64,000 nt of DNA from contig CAVPCT010000003.1 of assembly GCA_963702475.1 (NCBI GenBank), forward strand, positions 1 through 64,000. Reading direction: 5' to 3'. The stretch is from an uncultured Thermoleophilia bacterium (GTDB lineage: Bacteria; Actinomycetota; Thermoleophilia; UBA2241). The notes under the pieces are model-generated. The model saw nothing but the letters and a program-made list of their open reading frames with translations, did no database searches and was not told the origin of the DNA. Both the position numbers and the translations under genes were made by a program. Shown here piece by piece: positions 18,322-28,367 of the stretch (positions are counted from its first letter, which is position 1; every line of letters starts with the position of its first letter).

Positions 18322-20084
18322 GACGGCACCGCGGCCTGGGTCTTCTGGGCCTGCAGCCCGACGTCGGCGAGCAGTGCGGGCACGCGGGCGACCGTGGCCC
18401 TGTCGTACTGCTGGACGTCGTGGGGCAGCAGGTCCCACTCCACCAGGTAGGGGCTGGTCTTGCGCGCCATGTCTCGTTCGCCGGCAGCGAACTTCCAGCC
18501 GGCCGCCGCGCGCTCGTCCATCCAGCGCCGGTGCTCCAGCGATGCCATCGTCTCCATCTCCTGTGGCGAGAACCGGTGGAGGTCCGCATCCCAGTCCTGC
18601 AGCGGCGCGACCGCGTACTCTGCTGCGGCCAGAAGCACCGGGATGTGATCGGCGGCGCACCGGTTGGACTCCTTGATGGCCTCGGGAAGCTCCTCCCAGG
18701 GCACGGCCATGGGATTGGTGGGCGCGTCGCGACCGGCCGCCGCCTGCTCCTCCACGTAGAGGTCGTGGGTGGCTCGTGCGAGACGCTCGTGCGTACCGCG
18801 CAGGACAAGGTCGGCCTCGCAGGCCGCATCGAGGAGGCTGAAGGCATGGATGTCGGCGAACTCCGTCTCGGGGACGCTTGGCCCGCCCAGCAACTCGGCC
18901 AGGCCGCGGTCGCCGTCCAGGATCACGACGATGGGCACTCCGCCGCGCAGTCGTGCGTGCATGGTGAGAGCGGCGCTGAAGGCGCGAGTGTCGTCCTGAA
19001 GGCACGCGTAGACGATGGACACAGGCCGGCTGCCGTCCTGAGGCTCGAGGAACGCGCAGCGCTCGAAGGTCGGCGAGCAGACGTCCGCCTGGAGGGGGAC
19101 GAGGTCGCAGGAGTCCGCGAGCTGCGGGCAGCGCTGCAGTAGGGCCGAGCAGCGCTCCTCCGCCACGCGGTCGATCACGCTCATCCTCATCTTCGCCGCA
19201 CCCCTTCGGCGGCGGCGGTGCCACTGCCAGACCACGCGCCGGGCTACCTGCTCGCCGAGGCGCCCGAGCCCGAGGACCAGGACGTGCGGAGGGTCATCGT
19301 CGTCGCCAAAGGCCGGGAACCTGCGCAGCATCGTCCGTGCGCCGCTCTCGAAGATGTTGAAGAACTCCAGGCGAAACCCGCTGCGCGTGTCGGTGTCGAG
19401 CTCGCGCTCTCGCAGCAACCTCCAGAGCTGCCCGTCGACGATGTGGACGAGACAGTGCAGCGGTGGGCCTTTGCGCCTCTCGAGCAGGGCGGCCGTCTGC
19501 GCCGCGATCTCCGCATTGACGGCATCCGGCCCGCAGACCGCGATCACGTGACTCGCGCTGTCCACGCGTGCCAGTCTCAGTGCATGACTCTCCGTGGCGT
19601 CGGCGGTGATCACCGTGATCTCGGCCTCGCGGCAGTTCTCGAGGAGAGGAGCAGTCTGGTCGCGCTCGATCACCAGCACGCGGTGGCCCGCCTTGTGCAG
19701 CTCCAGGGCCAGCCTCAAGCCGCGGCGACCCAGCCCGCACACCACCACGTGACGGCGGGCGAAGCGCTGGCGAAAGCGGAACACCTCCGCGGTCAGAAAC
19801 AGGCCGAGGGTCTTGATGGCGGTGAAGGCCGCCACCACCGGGGCGAGAAAGCGGGCCACCTGCAGCTGCCACACCAAAGGCGACACGTTGCCGCCCGAGC
19901 TGAGTGTGAAGAGCCCCAGGGCGTTGTAGAGGGCGTCCGCAGGGGAGTGCGGCTCGCCCATGGCCGCCCACTGCACCGTCCAGGCCCAGAAGCCGAAGGC
20001 CAGCGTAAGGAGCCAAGCGACCGCCAGCACCTGCCATTGACGGCGTTCGAGCGAGCGAAGAAAGAGTCGAAGTGCACTCGGCAC
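18318..20084 (-). CDS. Channel-like membrane protein with two TrkA-N/RCK Rossmann domains and C-terminal RyR domain(s)
   Basis: TM-pore helix-TM (DALYNALGLFTL); HVVVCGLGRRG and HVLVLGLGRLG; LARATHDLY..PWEELPE..KESNR and LEHRRWMDER...GW...PYLVEWDLLP; AGGAG RBS before GTG. Confidence 0.85.
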   Translation of the reverse strand: MPSALRLFLRSLERRQWQVLAVAWLLTLAFGFWAWTVQWAAMGEPHSPADALYNALGLFTLSSGGNVSPLVWQLQVARFLAPVVAAFTAIKTLGLFLTAEVFRFRQRFARRHVVVCGLGRRGLRLALELHKAGHRVLVIERDQTAPLLENCREAEITVITADATESHALRLARVDSASHVIAVCGPDAVNAEIAAQTAALLERRKGPPLHCLVHIVDGQLWRLLRERELDTDTRSGFRLEFFNIFESGARTMLRRFPAFGDDDDPPHVLVLGLGRLGEQVARRVVWQWHRRRRRGAAKMRMSVIDRVAEERCSALLQRCPQLADSCDLVPLQADVCSPTFERCAFLEPQDGSRPVSIVYACLQDDTRAFSAALTMHARLRGGVPIVVILDGDRGLAELLGGPSVPETEFADIHAFSLLDAACEADLVLRGTHERLARATHDLYVEEQAAAGRDAPTNPMAVPWEELPEAIKESNRCAADHIPVLLAAAEYAVAPLQDWDADLHRFSPQEMETMASLEHRRWMDERAAAGWKFAAGERDMARKTSPYLVEWDLLPHDVQQYDRATVARVPALLADVGLQAQKTQAAVPS

Positions 20085-20530
20085 GATCGCTCCTGCTGGT
20101 CCCCGGTCCCCACGCGTCCGCGTCGTCCGCGCACAGGCCGGACGCTCTGCGGGACCCTCCTCCCGAATACTACCGGTTCGCGCTCCGCCGTGGCGAGCGG
20201 TCAGCGTGGCTTGCCCGGCGCCGCGCGCACGCCTGCCGCTGCGCATCAACAACCCGACGGCACGATGCCGTGAGCGTCCCTTGCCAGAGGGGTCCGGCAA
20301 GAATCGATCGATCGGTTCTCTCGCTCGTCGGCATCCATGTAGTGTCGGCTCCGACGATTGTTGCGCACGGGGAGTCCGACCCAACGTTGCTGATCGAGGA
20401 CCCTGAGGACCATTCGGCCCCACAGCATCCCTGCATCGCACGGGCGAAGAATCACCAGATTCCGGTGAAGACGGCCGGTCGTGTCCCTCCTATCGTGAGG
20501 CCCGAGGGGAAGCGGCGACGGGAGGTCATC

Positions 20531-21535
20531 ATGACGAGGCTGTTGTTCGCACTCGGCTGCGCGCTCGTGCTCCTGGCGCCGGTCACTCTTGCCGCCTGCG
20601 GCGGCTCGGGGAGCTCGGCGTCGAACCCGCCGTCTGCCACTCCGAGCGAGGCGGCCGCAACCGCCGTGCCCTCGCCGAGCTGGAGCCCGACGATGTCGCC
20701 GGCGGCGATCCCGGTGGTGAAGCCGGGGCAGAAGCTGCCGCCGTTCTCCGAGCTCAAGTCGATGTTCGCCTACGACGCGGTCCAGCCGCTGGGCTTCGAG
20801 TCGCAGCCCGGCGAGCCTCAGCCGGGGGCCACCGTGGAGACCATCTATTACGCCTATGGGGACAGCCAGGCCAGCGGGTACCTGGTCATGCCCGAAGGGG
20901 CGGGCCCGTTCCCGGTGGTGGTCTACGCGCCCGGCTGGAGGACGGACGCCTCGATGTTCCTCGACGACGCCGCTGCCATGTCCAGGAAGGGCTACGCTGG
21001 GCTGTTGCTGCAAGAAGCACCCTCGATGGAGTGCTGGACCTTCGATCCGGACACCGACTGTCGAGGCGTCATAGAGAACGTGACCCAGGAGCGTCGAGCT
21101 CTGGACCTGCTCGAGACCCTCCCGCGGATCGACACGAAGCGCATCGGTTTCGTCGGCTGGAGCAACGGCGCGCACCTCTTGGGCGGAGTCCTCGCCGGGA
21201 TCGACGACCGAGTCAAGGCCTACGTGCTGATCGGGATGGCGCGGCCGGCGAGCAACTACCGCGGTCTGATGGAGGACGCCACCCCCACGGGAAGGGCGTG
21301 GGACCGCATCGTCGCGCAGCTTGCCCTCTGGGACCCCGTGACCTACCTGCGCCACAACAGAGGTTCCGCCTTCCTCTTCATGAACGGTGACGGGGACTCG
21401 AACGCGATGCAGGACGCGAAGGCCTTCATCGCCGCTGCGCCGGACCCCAAGACATGGAAGGTCTACGACGGCGGCCATGCCCCGACTGCGGGGGCGGCCA
21501 AGTACATGCAGGAGTGGCTGCTGGAGAACCTCTGA
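20531..21535 (+). CDS. Lipoprotein alpha/beta hydrolase (dienelactone hydrolase/esterase-like)
   Basis: Lipobox LAAC; GPFPVVVY; nucleophile GWSNG; YDGGH. Confidence 0.85.
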   Translation: MTRLLFALGCALVLLAPVTLAACGGSGSSASNPPSATPSEAAATAVPSPSWSPTMSPAAIPVVKPGQKLPPFSELKSMFAYDAVQPLGFESQPGEPQPGATVETIYYAYGDSQASGYLVMPEGAGPFPVVVYAPGWRTDASMFLDDAAAMSRKGYAGLLLQEAPSMECWTFDPDTDCRGVIENVTQERRALDLLETLPRIDTKRIGFVGWSNGAHLLGGVLAGIDDRVKAYVLIGMARPASNYRGLMEDATPTGRAWDRIVAQLALWDPVTYLRHNRGSAFLFMNGDGDSNAMQDAKAFIAAAPDPKTWKVYDGGHAPTAGAAKYMQEWLLENL

Positions 21536-21555
21536 GAGGTCGTGGGCCTGCTTGA

Positions 21556-22215
21556 TCAGACGCCCGAGACCAGCTGCCCGTGACTCCGTTGCTCGTGGCG
21601 CCTGGCCATCACGTCGGCGATGGTCACGACCATCGCCCCCACGACGCCGCAGCCCCCGAGGGACAGGACCGCTCCGATGTAGTCGAACTCGGGATGTCCC
21701 GTCGCCCAGACGATCACGCCTGCGAGGTAGGCGACGCCCGCCACGGTCGCGATCAGACGGGCGACATCGAGCCAGGCATGTTCGCGTCGCCTCGGCGAGA
21801 GGTCACGCAGCGCGCCGACGTCGAGCCATAGGGCCAGGGCGAGGTACGCCACGGTGATGACGACGACCGCGATCAGCCCTGCGACCTTTCCTGGGTCGTC
21901 CCCTGTCTCGGACAGGCCGACGGCGGCGAGCACCAGCATGACGAGTGCCATCAGCCCCAGGAGGCCCAACGCGAGCCCCACGCCGGCGAGGTAACCGAGC
22001 ACTGCCCCGCCCGTGGCCGACCCATCGACGTGGCGCCCGTGCAGCCGCCATGCGAGCAGCGGCGCGAGGAGGCCGACGACCATGAGGGGGATCTCGACGC
22101 CCTCGAAGCGCGAGGCCAGCGGTGCCAGGACCGCACACGCTGCGGCCATCAACAGCGCGCCGTCGCCGGCCAGAACGGCACGCGGACCCAGCTTGTGGGT
22201 CCGAGAGGATGCCAT
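21556..22215 (-). CDS. Multi-pass membrane protein, paralog of 35209-35922
   Basis: Hydrophobic helices; shared RAVLAGDG, AWRLHGRH and LGY.AG motifs. Confidence 0.75.
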   Translation of the reverse strand: MASSRTHKLGPRAVLAGDGALLMAAACAVLAPLASRFEGVEIPLMVVGLLAPLLAWRLHGRHVDGSATGGAVLGYLAGVGLALGLLGLMALVMLVLAAVGLSETGDDPGKVAGLIAVVVITVAYLALALWLDVGALRDLSPRRREHAWLDVARLIATVAGVAYLAGVIVWATGHPEFDYIGAVLSLGGCGVVGAMVVTIADVMARRHEQRSHGQLVSGV

Positions 22216-22394
22216 GACGCCCGCCCCCTTCACCCCCGGCCGGGACGGCGCGGACGCGCCGAGCCACGCACGGGGAGTATCCCCTGTCGGAGCGAGAGCG
22301 CGCCGTTGCGCCGGGGTGGAGGATGCCTCTCCTCGCCCGTAGCCGCGCGTCGATCCTCTCGACCCTCCTCTCCGCACGCGGACGGGAGCTGCTC

Positions 22395-23817
22395 CTAGAG
22401 GCGCACGAAGGGCCTGGGAGCGCTCCTGCCGATGAGCGTCGTGACGGTCACCTTGACGCTGCCTCTCGCCGTACCGCGGGGGACTCGGACCTTGATCCTC
22501 GAGACATCCCAACCGAGGTAGGCGGTGACGGTCTTGCCGCCGAACTGGACGACCCCTCTCTTGCCGAAGTGCCTTCCCGTCAGCGTGACGACGTCGCCGA
22601 CCCGGCCGTGCTCGGGCGACACGCCGGTCAGCACGGGCAGGTGCCCATTCAGTCTCACGCTCAGGCTCCTGGTCTCGAGGTCGGTCGTCGCCAGGTCCGG
22701 TCTACGGTCCCCGTTGAAGTCGGCCACGATCACTTCCCCGGGGAGCCGGCCGGCGAGAAACGACGTCGGCTCCAGGAACACGCCGTCGGAGGCATGGCTG
22801 AGCAGGATGTAGATGCGCGGCGGCCCCGGCGGCACGGTCACCCAGTGCCCGTTGGAGCCGGTCACGTAGCCTGGACTACGGCCGGTCGTGACCACGTCGG
22901 CGCGGCCGTCGCGGTTCAGGTCGCCGGCGGCGAGTCCCGAAGCGTCGAGGTTGCGGCTGAACCGCGTCCTGCAGGCGTTGACGAGGACGCCCAAGCCGTC
23001 GCCGAGGAACGCGCTGACGTCAGCGTCGCCCTCGAGATGGCCGGTGGTGACGAGGTCCGGCCTGCCGTCAGCCGTTCAGGTCGCACAGTGCCAGATCGCC
23101 GGGCTCGAGGGCCGTGCCGTACGCGGCGAGAGGGGAGAAGCCGCCCGCGCCGTCACCAAGCAGCACGCCGAAGCCGGAGTAGTCCCCCCATGAGTTCCTC
23201 GTGAATGCGAGGTCCGGCGTGCCGTCGAGATCGAGATCGCCGGCGACGACGCGCCTGCAACCTTCGCCGACGGAGAGGTGCAGCGGAGACAGGAGACCGC
23301 CCGCGCCGTCGCCTGCGAGGATGCTCAGGCCGTCGCCGTCCGCCGTCGCCGCATCCGGGATGGCGTCGCCGGTGAGGTCTGCGACCACGACGTCGCTCGG
23401 GGACTCTCCCGTCGGGAAGGCGCCCCTCGGAACGAAGGAGCCCGTGCCGTCGCCCAGCGCGACGCTGACCGTGCCGTCGTCGTTCGCCGTGACGATGTCC
23501 TGCTTGCCGTCGCGGTCGACGTCCGCCACGGCGATGGCACCGGGCCGGTGTCCCAGGAGGACACGCTTGGCCGGTGCGAAGCGACCCTGCCCGCTGCCGA
23601 GGAGGACGGCCACCCCGTTGCCTGCGCTGGCTACGATGTCCGGCCACCTGTCCTCGTTCAGGTCGGCGGACGCAAGGTCGGCGGGCCTCCCGCCCAGTCC
23701 GTAGTGCACCGGCGGGGCGAATGACAGCGCGGTGGCGGGTGCGGCCACGAGCGCCGGCAGGGCGGAGCAGAGGCAGACCGCTAGGGCGAGTAGCAGCAGG
23801 GAGCCTCGCTTGCGCAT
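22395..23817 (-). CDS. Secreted FG-GAP/VCBS repeat protein with C-terminal IPT/TIG domain; frameshift near 23070
   Basis: Signal peptide; D(L/V/F)NxDGxxD repeats; GVSPEHGRVGDVVTLTGRHFG. Confidence 0.8.
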
Positions 23818-24217
23818 GACGTGATCCTCCCGCTCGGTGGACAGATGAATGCGCGGCTTCAGGCGAGCTTCCCGCTTGCCGCGTAGTGACAGTGTAGTCC
23901 CTGGCTCCTTCCCGCGGACGTTGTCCACTCCGGTGAGTGGCTGTGAGCGCGCCGCCGCACCGGGCCCCACTGCCGAGTGGCAACGACGCACGTGCGCCCC
24001 TGCAGGGAATCCTCATCTGGTAGCCGCTGGCAACGCGCCGCGAGGCCTGGCGAGTGTCATCGGCCCCGTTCCAGCGCTGGCAGTCCTGTTGACGGCGTCG
24101 GCGGCCTGGCGGAGCCGCCCCCAGCGCCTGTCCGTCCGCTTCGCAGCCTCCCGGGACTCCGCGCTGCAGCGCGGGCAGCCGACACCTGCGTCGTCGCTCC
24201 GGCCGCCGGTCGGCTGC

Positions 24218-24405
24218 CAACGGCCGCGACGAAGAAACGCCTCCCTCGCTCGGTCTGTCTGGATGGCGAGGTACGTCCAGCCGACGCGGGAGGGGACATG
24301 GACGCAAGGCAGCTCACGCAAAGACGCTCCGCCGCAAGCGCGTGGGCGACAGCGCTCGTCTGCCTGCTGCTGCTCTGTGCGAGCGCCGTCTTGACCGCAT
24401 GCGGC
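24218..24405 (+). repeat. Promoter/RBS/signal module, copy 3 (more diverged)
   Basis: Colinear with copies at 9865 and 11382. Confidence 0.85.
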
Positions 24406-25341
24406 GCTGCCGGCACGACGTTGTCGTCACCCTCGCCCGGCGAGGTGGCCGCCTCGGTGGCGGCGTCGCCGAGCACGACCCCTCTGCCGAGGGGCGCCGG
24501 CCGCGGCACCATCGCCTTCACCAAGGTCGCCGAGGACTCGAAGACACCGCCTGACATCTACCTCGTGCGCAGCGACGGCAGCGGGCTCCGGCGAGTGGCC
24601 GTGGGCGCGAGGGGACCGGCCTGGTCGCCGGATGGCGCCCGGATCGCCTACGCCTCAGAGTCCGCTCGCGGCGGCGTGTGGGTCATGAACGCGGACGGCT
24701 CCGGCAAACAGCGCGTGACGCCCGCCCCGGGCGGGGCGGACTGGGTCGCGTGGTCCCCGGACGGCAAGCGGATCCTCTTCAGCAGCACCGCCTTCGGCGG
24801 CCTCGCCGCCTTGGGCGGCGCCGACACCCTGGCCGTGGTGGACAGCGACGGCAGCGGCCTCGAGTCGGTGTTCGCAGACGTATCCCGCGGTTCCGGAGTG
24901 ACGGGTTACCCTCTCGCCTGGGCGCCGGACGGGAGGATCCTCTTCGGCCGGAGGAGCGGGAGCCTCGGCGAGATCTGCTCGCTCGATCCCGGCGGTCGCG
25001 GGCCCACCGTCGTCACGGCCACCCAGGTCCCGCCGAGCTTCTCGCTCTCACGGGACGGCAAGTGGCTCGCGATCTGGGATGGGGACGCAGACCGCCTGCT
25101 GCGCATGGCGGCCAGCGGCCGGGGGCTGGCGGTCGTGCTCGTCGAGGAGGTGTCGCAGTACCAGGGTGGGGGCGCCCTGTCGTCCTGGTCACCGAACGGC
25201 GGCCAGCTCGTGTTCGGCGGGGACTCACGGGGGTGGCTGGGTGCCGGGTCTGTCCTCCACGTCGCCAAGACCGACGGCTCGGAGGTGTGGGAGGTGCCGA
25301 ACACCGAGGATGCCTACGACCCGGCCTGGCGGCCGGAGTAG
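24298..25341 (+). CDS. TolB-like (PD40) lipoprotein, paralog of 9946-11019
   Basis: Lipobox LTAC; GTIAF, PAWSPDG; ends DPAWRPE. Confidence 0.85.
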   Translation: MDARQLTQRRSAASAWATALVCLLLLCASAVLTACGAAGTTLSSPSPGEVAASVAASPSTTPLPRGAGRGTIAFTKVAEDSKTPPDIYLVRSDGSGLRRVAVGARGPAWSPDGARIAYASESARGGVWVMNADGSGKQRVTPAPGGADWVAWSPDGKRILFSSTAFGGLAALGGADTLAVVDSDGSGLESVFADVSRGSGVTGYPLAWAPDGRILFGRRSGSLGEICSLDPGGRGPTVVTATQVPPSFSLSRDGKWLAIWDGDADRLLRMAASGRGLAVVLVEEVSQYQGGGALSSWSPNGGQLVFGGDSRGWLGAGSVLHVAKTDGSEVWEVPNTEDAYDPAWRPE

Positions 25342-25442
25342 ACACCGCCTGAGGTCTCGGCTCGGCCGTGCCCGTGAGGCCGCCGAGCCCGACGGCCTGC
25401 CTCATCCACGAAGACCTTGGATCAGCGTCACCGCTCGGCGTG

Positions 25443-25451
25443 TGCTACACT
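25443..25451 (+). promoter_or_regulatory. Extended -10 (TGcTACACT) of the cold-shock gene, giving a ~100-nt 5' UTR
   Basis: Motif match and long leader typical of csp genes. Confidence 0.5.
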
Positions 25452-25561
25452 CTCCTGTGACGGGTCGAGTGGGCCCGCAGGATTGCGACGTGACGCACCG
25501 CATTTCTTGGCGGTGGTCACGTCCTTTTTTGGCCCCACGTGGGCGAAGGGATTTGATCAGC

Positions 25562-25768
25562 ATGGCACAAGGCAAAGTGAAGTGGTTCAGCGCCGACAAG
25601 GGTTACGGGTTCATCGAGCAAGAGGGCGGCGAAGATCTTTTCGTGCACTTCTCGGAGATCCAGAGCGAGGGCTTCAAGTCCCTCGACGAGGGTCAGGCCG
25701 TGACGTTCGAGCCGGGCACCGGCAAGAACAACAAGCCGCAGGCGACCAACGTGCGAGTCGTGTCGTAA
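25562..25768 (+). CDS. cspA: Cold-shock protein
   Basis: [18 protein letters not shown]...DLFVHFSEI (RNP1/RNP2). Confidence 0.95.
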   Translation: MAQGKVKWFSADKGYGFIEQEGGEDLFVHFSEIQSEGFKSLDEGQAVTFEPGTGKNNKPQATNVRVVS

Positions 25769-25797
25769 CAGGCGCGGAAGCGTCGTAGCGTCACTTG

Positions 25798-25833
25798 AGG
25801 ACCGGGCGGCTCCCAGAGCCGCCCGGTCCTTTC
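25798..25833 (+). terminator. Intrinsic terminator after csp
   Basis: AGGACCGGGCGGCTC-cca-GAGCCGCCCGGTCCT followed by TT. Confidence 0.8.
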
Positions 25834-25867
25834 TCGTGCGCCGCGCCGCCGGGTGCCGGCGTGGTGG

Positions 25868-26082
25868 GTGAACCGGCGAAGCATCGTCATGCTCGTAGGA
25901 GCCGGCAAGTCGGGCGGGCCGCTTGGGAGCCCTCAGCTGTACTCCGCCGGGTCGGCCGACTCAGTGCCTTCTCAGTGCGCGCCGCTGTCGGCCCGCCCTC
26001 CGCCGAGCGCCTGCCAGCCAGAGCCCGCCGATGTCGCCGGCGCAGATCCCGGTCGTGAATCCCGGTCAGAAGCTGCCGCCGT
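25868..26082 (+). pseudogene. Degraded N-terminal fragment of a paralog of the 20531 hydrolase
   Basis: MSPAQIPVVNPGQKLPP matches MSPAAIPVVKPGQKLPP. Confidence 0.6.
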
Positions 26083-26200
26083 TAGAGCCTCGGGGACGCG
26101 GAGGCGGCAGAGACGACGGCCTGAGGCCAAACCGGACGTGTGAGCGGACGGGATCTCCCGGTGTCGGCATCAGCCACTTCGCGAGCCCGGCATGTGCCCT

Positions 26201-26779
26201 TCAGGCGCTCGCCTGGAGAGGCCGCAGCTCTCGCCGGTGTGCCCACAGGACGGAGACGCAGACGGCGACCGCCAGCACGCGGTAGGCCTGCGGTACGTCG
26301 AGGAGGAACGACGAGGCGAGAAAGGTCGCCCCGGCCACCAGGGGCGCGAGCTTCGCGACCCGTTTGACACGCAGCGCGATCACCCAGAGCACCATCGTGA
26401 TGACGAAGACGGGCGGCGACACCGCCAGCTCTGCGCCGGCGGCGGTGGCGATGCCCTTCCCGCCGGCGCCGCGCAGGAAGACGGAGTACTGGTGGCCCAG
26501 CGTCGGCATGAGCGCGACGAGGGCCGTGGGCCACGGGGGCAGGAGCAGGACGGCCGCGAGGGCCGGCAGGAAGCCCTTCGCCATGTCGCAGGCCATGACC
26601 ACCGCTCCCGCCTTCCTGCTGACCTGGTAGAACGTGTTGCCGGCGCCCATGTTCCGCGTGCCGACACGCCGGATGTCCACCCCACTCAGGCGCGCCACGA
26701 GGAGTGCGAACGGGATTGCGCCGAGCAGATAGCCCCCGAGGGCGAGGACGATGGTGAGGATGGCTTGCTGGGCAGTCAC
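26201..26779 (-). CDS. plsY: Glycerol-3-phosphate acyltransferase PlsY family
   Basis: GYLLGAIPF, DIRRVGTRNMGAGN, CDMAKG, LGHQYSVF, GGKGIAT. Confidence 0.9.
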   Translation of the reverse strand: MTAQQAILTIVLALGGYLLGAIPFALLVARLSGVDIRRVGTRNMGAGNTFYQVSRKAGAVVMACDMAKGFLPALAAVLLLPPWPTALVALMPTLGHQYSVFLRGAGGKGIATAAGAELAVSPPVFVITMVLWVIALRVKRVAKLAPLVAGATFLASSFLLDVPQAYRVLAVAVCVSVLWAHRRELRPLQASA

Positions 26780-26849
26780 TGCGCGCGACCATACCACGGA
26801 GCTGCACAGGCTCCGCACAGGCAGTGCGGGAGCCACGCGAGGCCATGGG

Positions 26850-27275
26850 AGCTTCTGGCCTGCCAGACGCACGGGCGCGACCGCGTCGACATCGACCTCA
26901 CCGGCGGTCGCACCCAGCGAGGCCGCCGCCACGGCCCCGCCGGCGCCGACCTGCAAGCGCATCGGCTTCGTCGGCTGGAGCGCCGGCACGCTGCCGGGCA
27001 CGGTGCTCGCCGGGCTGTACGACCGCATCAAGGCCTTCGTGTTCTGCAGCACGTCGGGGAGCAACGGGGACCCTGCGACGTGGGCGGCCGCGGGCCGAGC
27101 GGACATCAAGGCGCAGGGCGTGTCGGTCAAGGCCTGCGCGGCCCAGAGCTCGGTCTTCGACCCCGCCGTCTACTTCGGCCGCACCCAGGACGCAGACTTC
27201 CTCTTCATGTGAGGGCCGGACGAGCTGACCCCGGCGCTCAAGGCGCGGTACCTCGCAGGTGCTCCGAAGCCCCTC
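26850..27275 (+). pseudogene. Degraded C-terminal fragment of the same hydrolase paralog
   Basis: KRIGFVGWSAG...VLAGLYDRIKAFV...FDPAVYF...FLFM*; frameshifts and premature TGA. Confidence 0.65.
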
Positions 27276-27519
27276 TCCGCTTCGCCGTCGACCTCGACCA
27301 CGTGGACCTGCGCTGTCGCGACCTCTGACGCGTCTGCGGCGGCGTGATCCCCTGTCGGGAAGGGGTCGGAGCGGGCGGCTCCGGCGCCGAGAGTGACGAA
27401 TCGGGTGGCTCGCATCCCGGCGCCCGGTGCCTCTGTGGCCACGAGGTGCCGAATGCACGCGAGCGCGGAATGGTAGGGACGATCTCAGGCGACTCGGGAC
27501 CACATGAAGGAGACGCATC

Positions 27520-28095
27520 ATGAACGTCGTCGACAAAGCGACGCAGACGCAGCTCAACAACATCCAGACGCGCACAGGCAAGACGCTCGATGAGTTGTAC
27601 GCCCTCATCAGCGGGAGCGGCCTCACCAAGCACGGCGAGATCCGGGAGATGCTCAAGCGCGACCTCGGCATGGGCCACGGCGATGCCAACGCGCTCGCCG
27701 GCGCCTTCCTGAAGTCCGACGGCCAGGTCGCCGCACCCGTCGGAGGCGCGGCGACGGAGGACGTGGTCGGCGCGATCTACGGCGGCCCCAAGGCCGACCT
27801 GCGGCCGCTACACGACAAGCTGATGGCGGCCATCGCCGAGCTCGGGCAGTTCGAGATCGCGCCGAAGAAGACGTACCTCAGCCTGCGCCGCAAGAAGCAG
27901 TTCGCCACGGTCGGTCCGGCGACCAAGACGCGCGTCGACGTCGGGCTGAACATGAAGGGCGTCCCGGCCACCGCGCGCCTGATCGAACTGCCGCCGGGCG
28001 GGATGTGCCAGTACAGGGTCAGCCTCACGGAGGCCGCCGAGGTCGACCAGGAGCTCATCGCCTGGGTGAAGTCGGCCTACGACGGCGCGGGCTGA
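27520..28095 (+). CDS. DUF4287/DUF5655-type protein
   Basis: NIQTRTGKTL..LKRDLGMGHGDANAL; APKKTYLSLRRKKQFA. Confidence 0.85.
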   Translation: MNVVDKATQTQLNNIQTRTGKTLDELYALISGSGLTKHGEIREMLKRDLGMGHGDANALAGAFLKSDGQVAAPVGGAATEDVVGAIYGGPKADLRPLHDKLMAAIAELGQFEIAPKKTYLSLRRKKQFATVGPATKTRVDVGLNMKGVPATARLIELPPGGMCQYRVSLTEAAEVDQELIAWVKSAYDGAG

Positions 28096-28367
28096 GTGGA
28101 GGTATGCGGAACGTGCCAGCGAGGAGTCCTCGACGCTGGGGATCCGGAGCTGCGCAGAAACCCCGAAGGGCTCGCGATCCGATCCGCGAGCCCTTCAGCA
28201 GGCGACGGCGCCGGTAGTCCAGGTCGCGCCCGGTCGCCCTGGCATCCTAAGGCGGGATGCTCACCCGTAGTATTCCCCGCATGCGGCCAGAACCCTCGCT
28301 CCAGCGCGGGCCGGGAGCGCGGCGCGCAGCGGCCGGCGCGGCGCGCGCGGGCGTGTCTCAGCCCGTC

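Noticed and set aside
16002-20084. Canonical Thoeris (ThsA/ThsB) call
   Set aside because: No SIR2-SLOG or TM-Macro effector; the TIR is a TM-TPR fusion rather than a short ThsB
9865-25341. Diversity-generating retroelement explaining the repeated leaders and tails
   Set aside because: No reverse transcriptase in the window and the differences are not adenine-specific
27210-27212. In-frame TGA as selenocysteine
   Set aside because: It aligns with a non-catalytic Asn of the intact paralog, within a fragment that has other lesions; a premature stop is simpler
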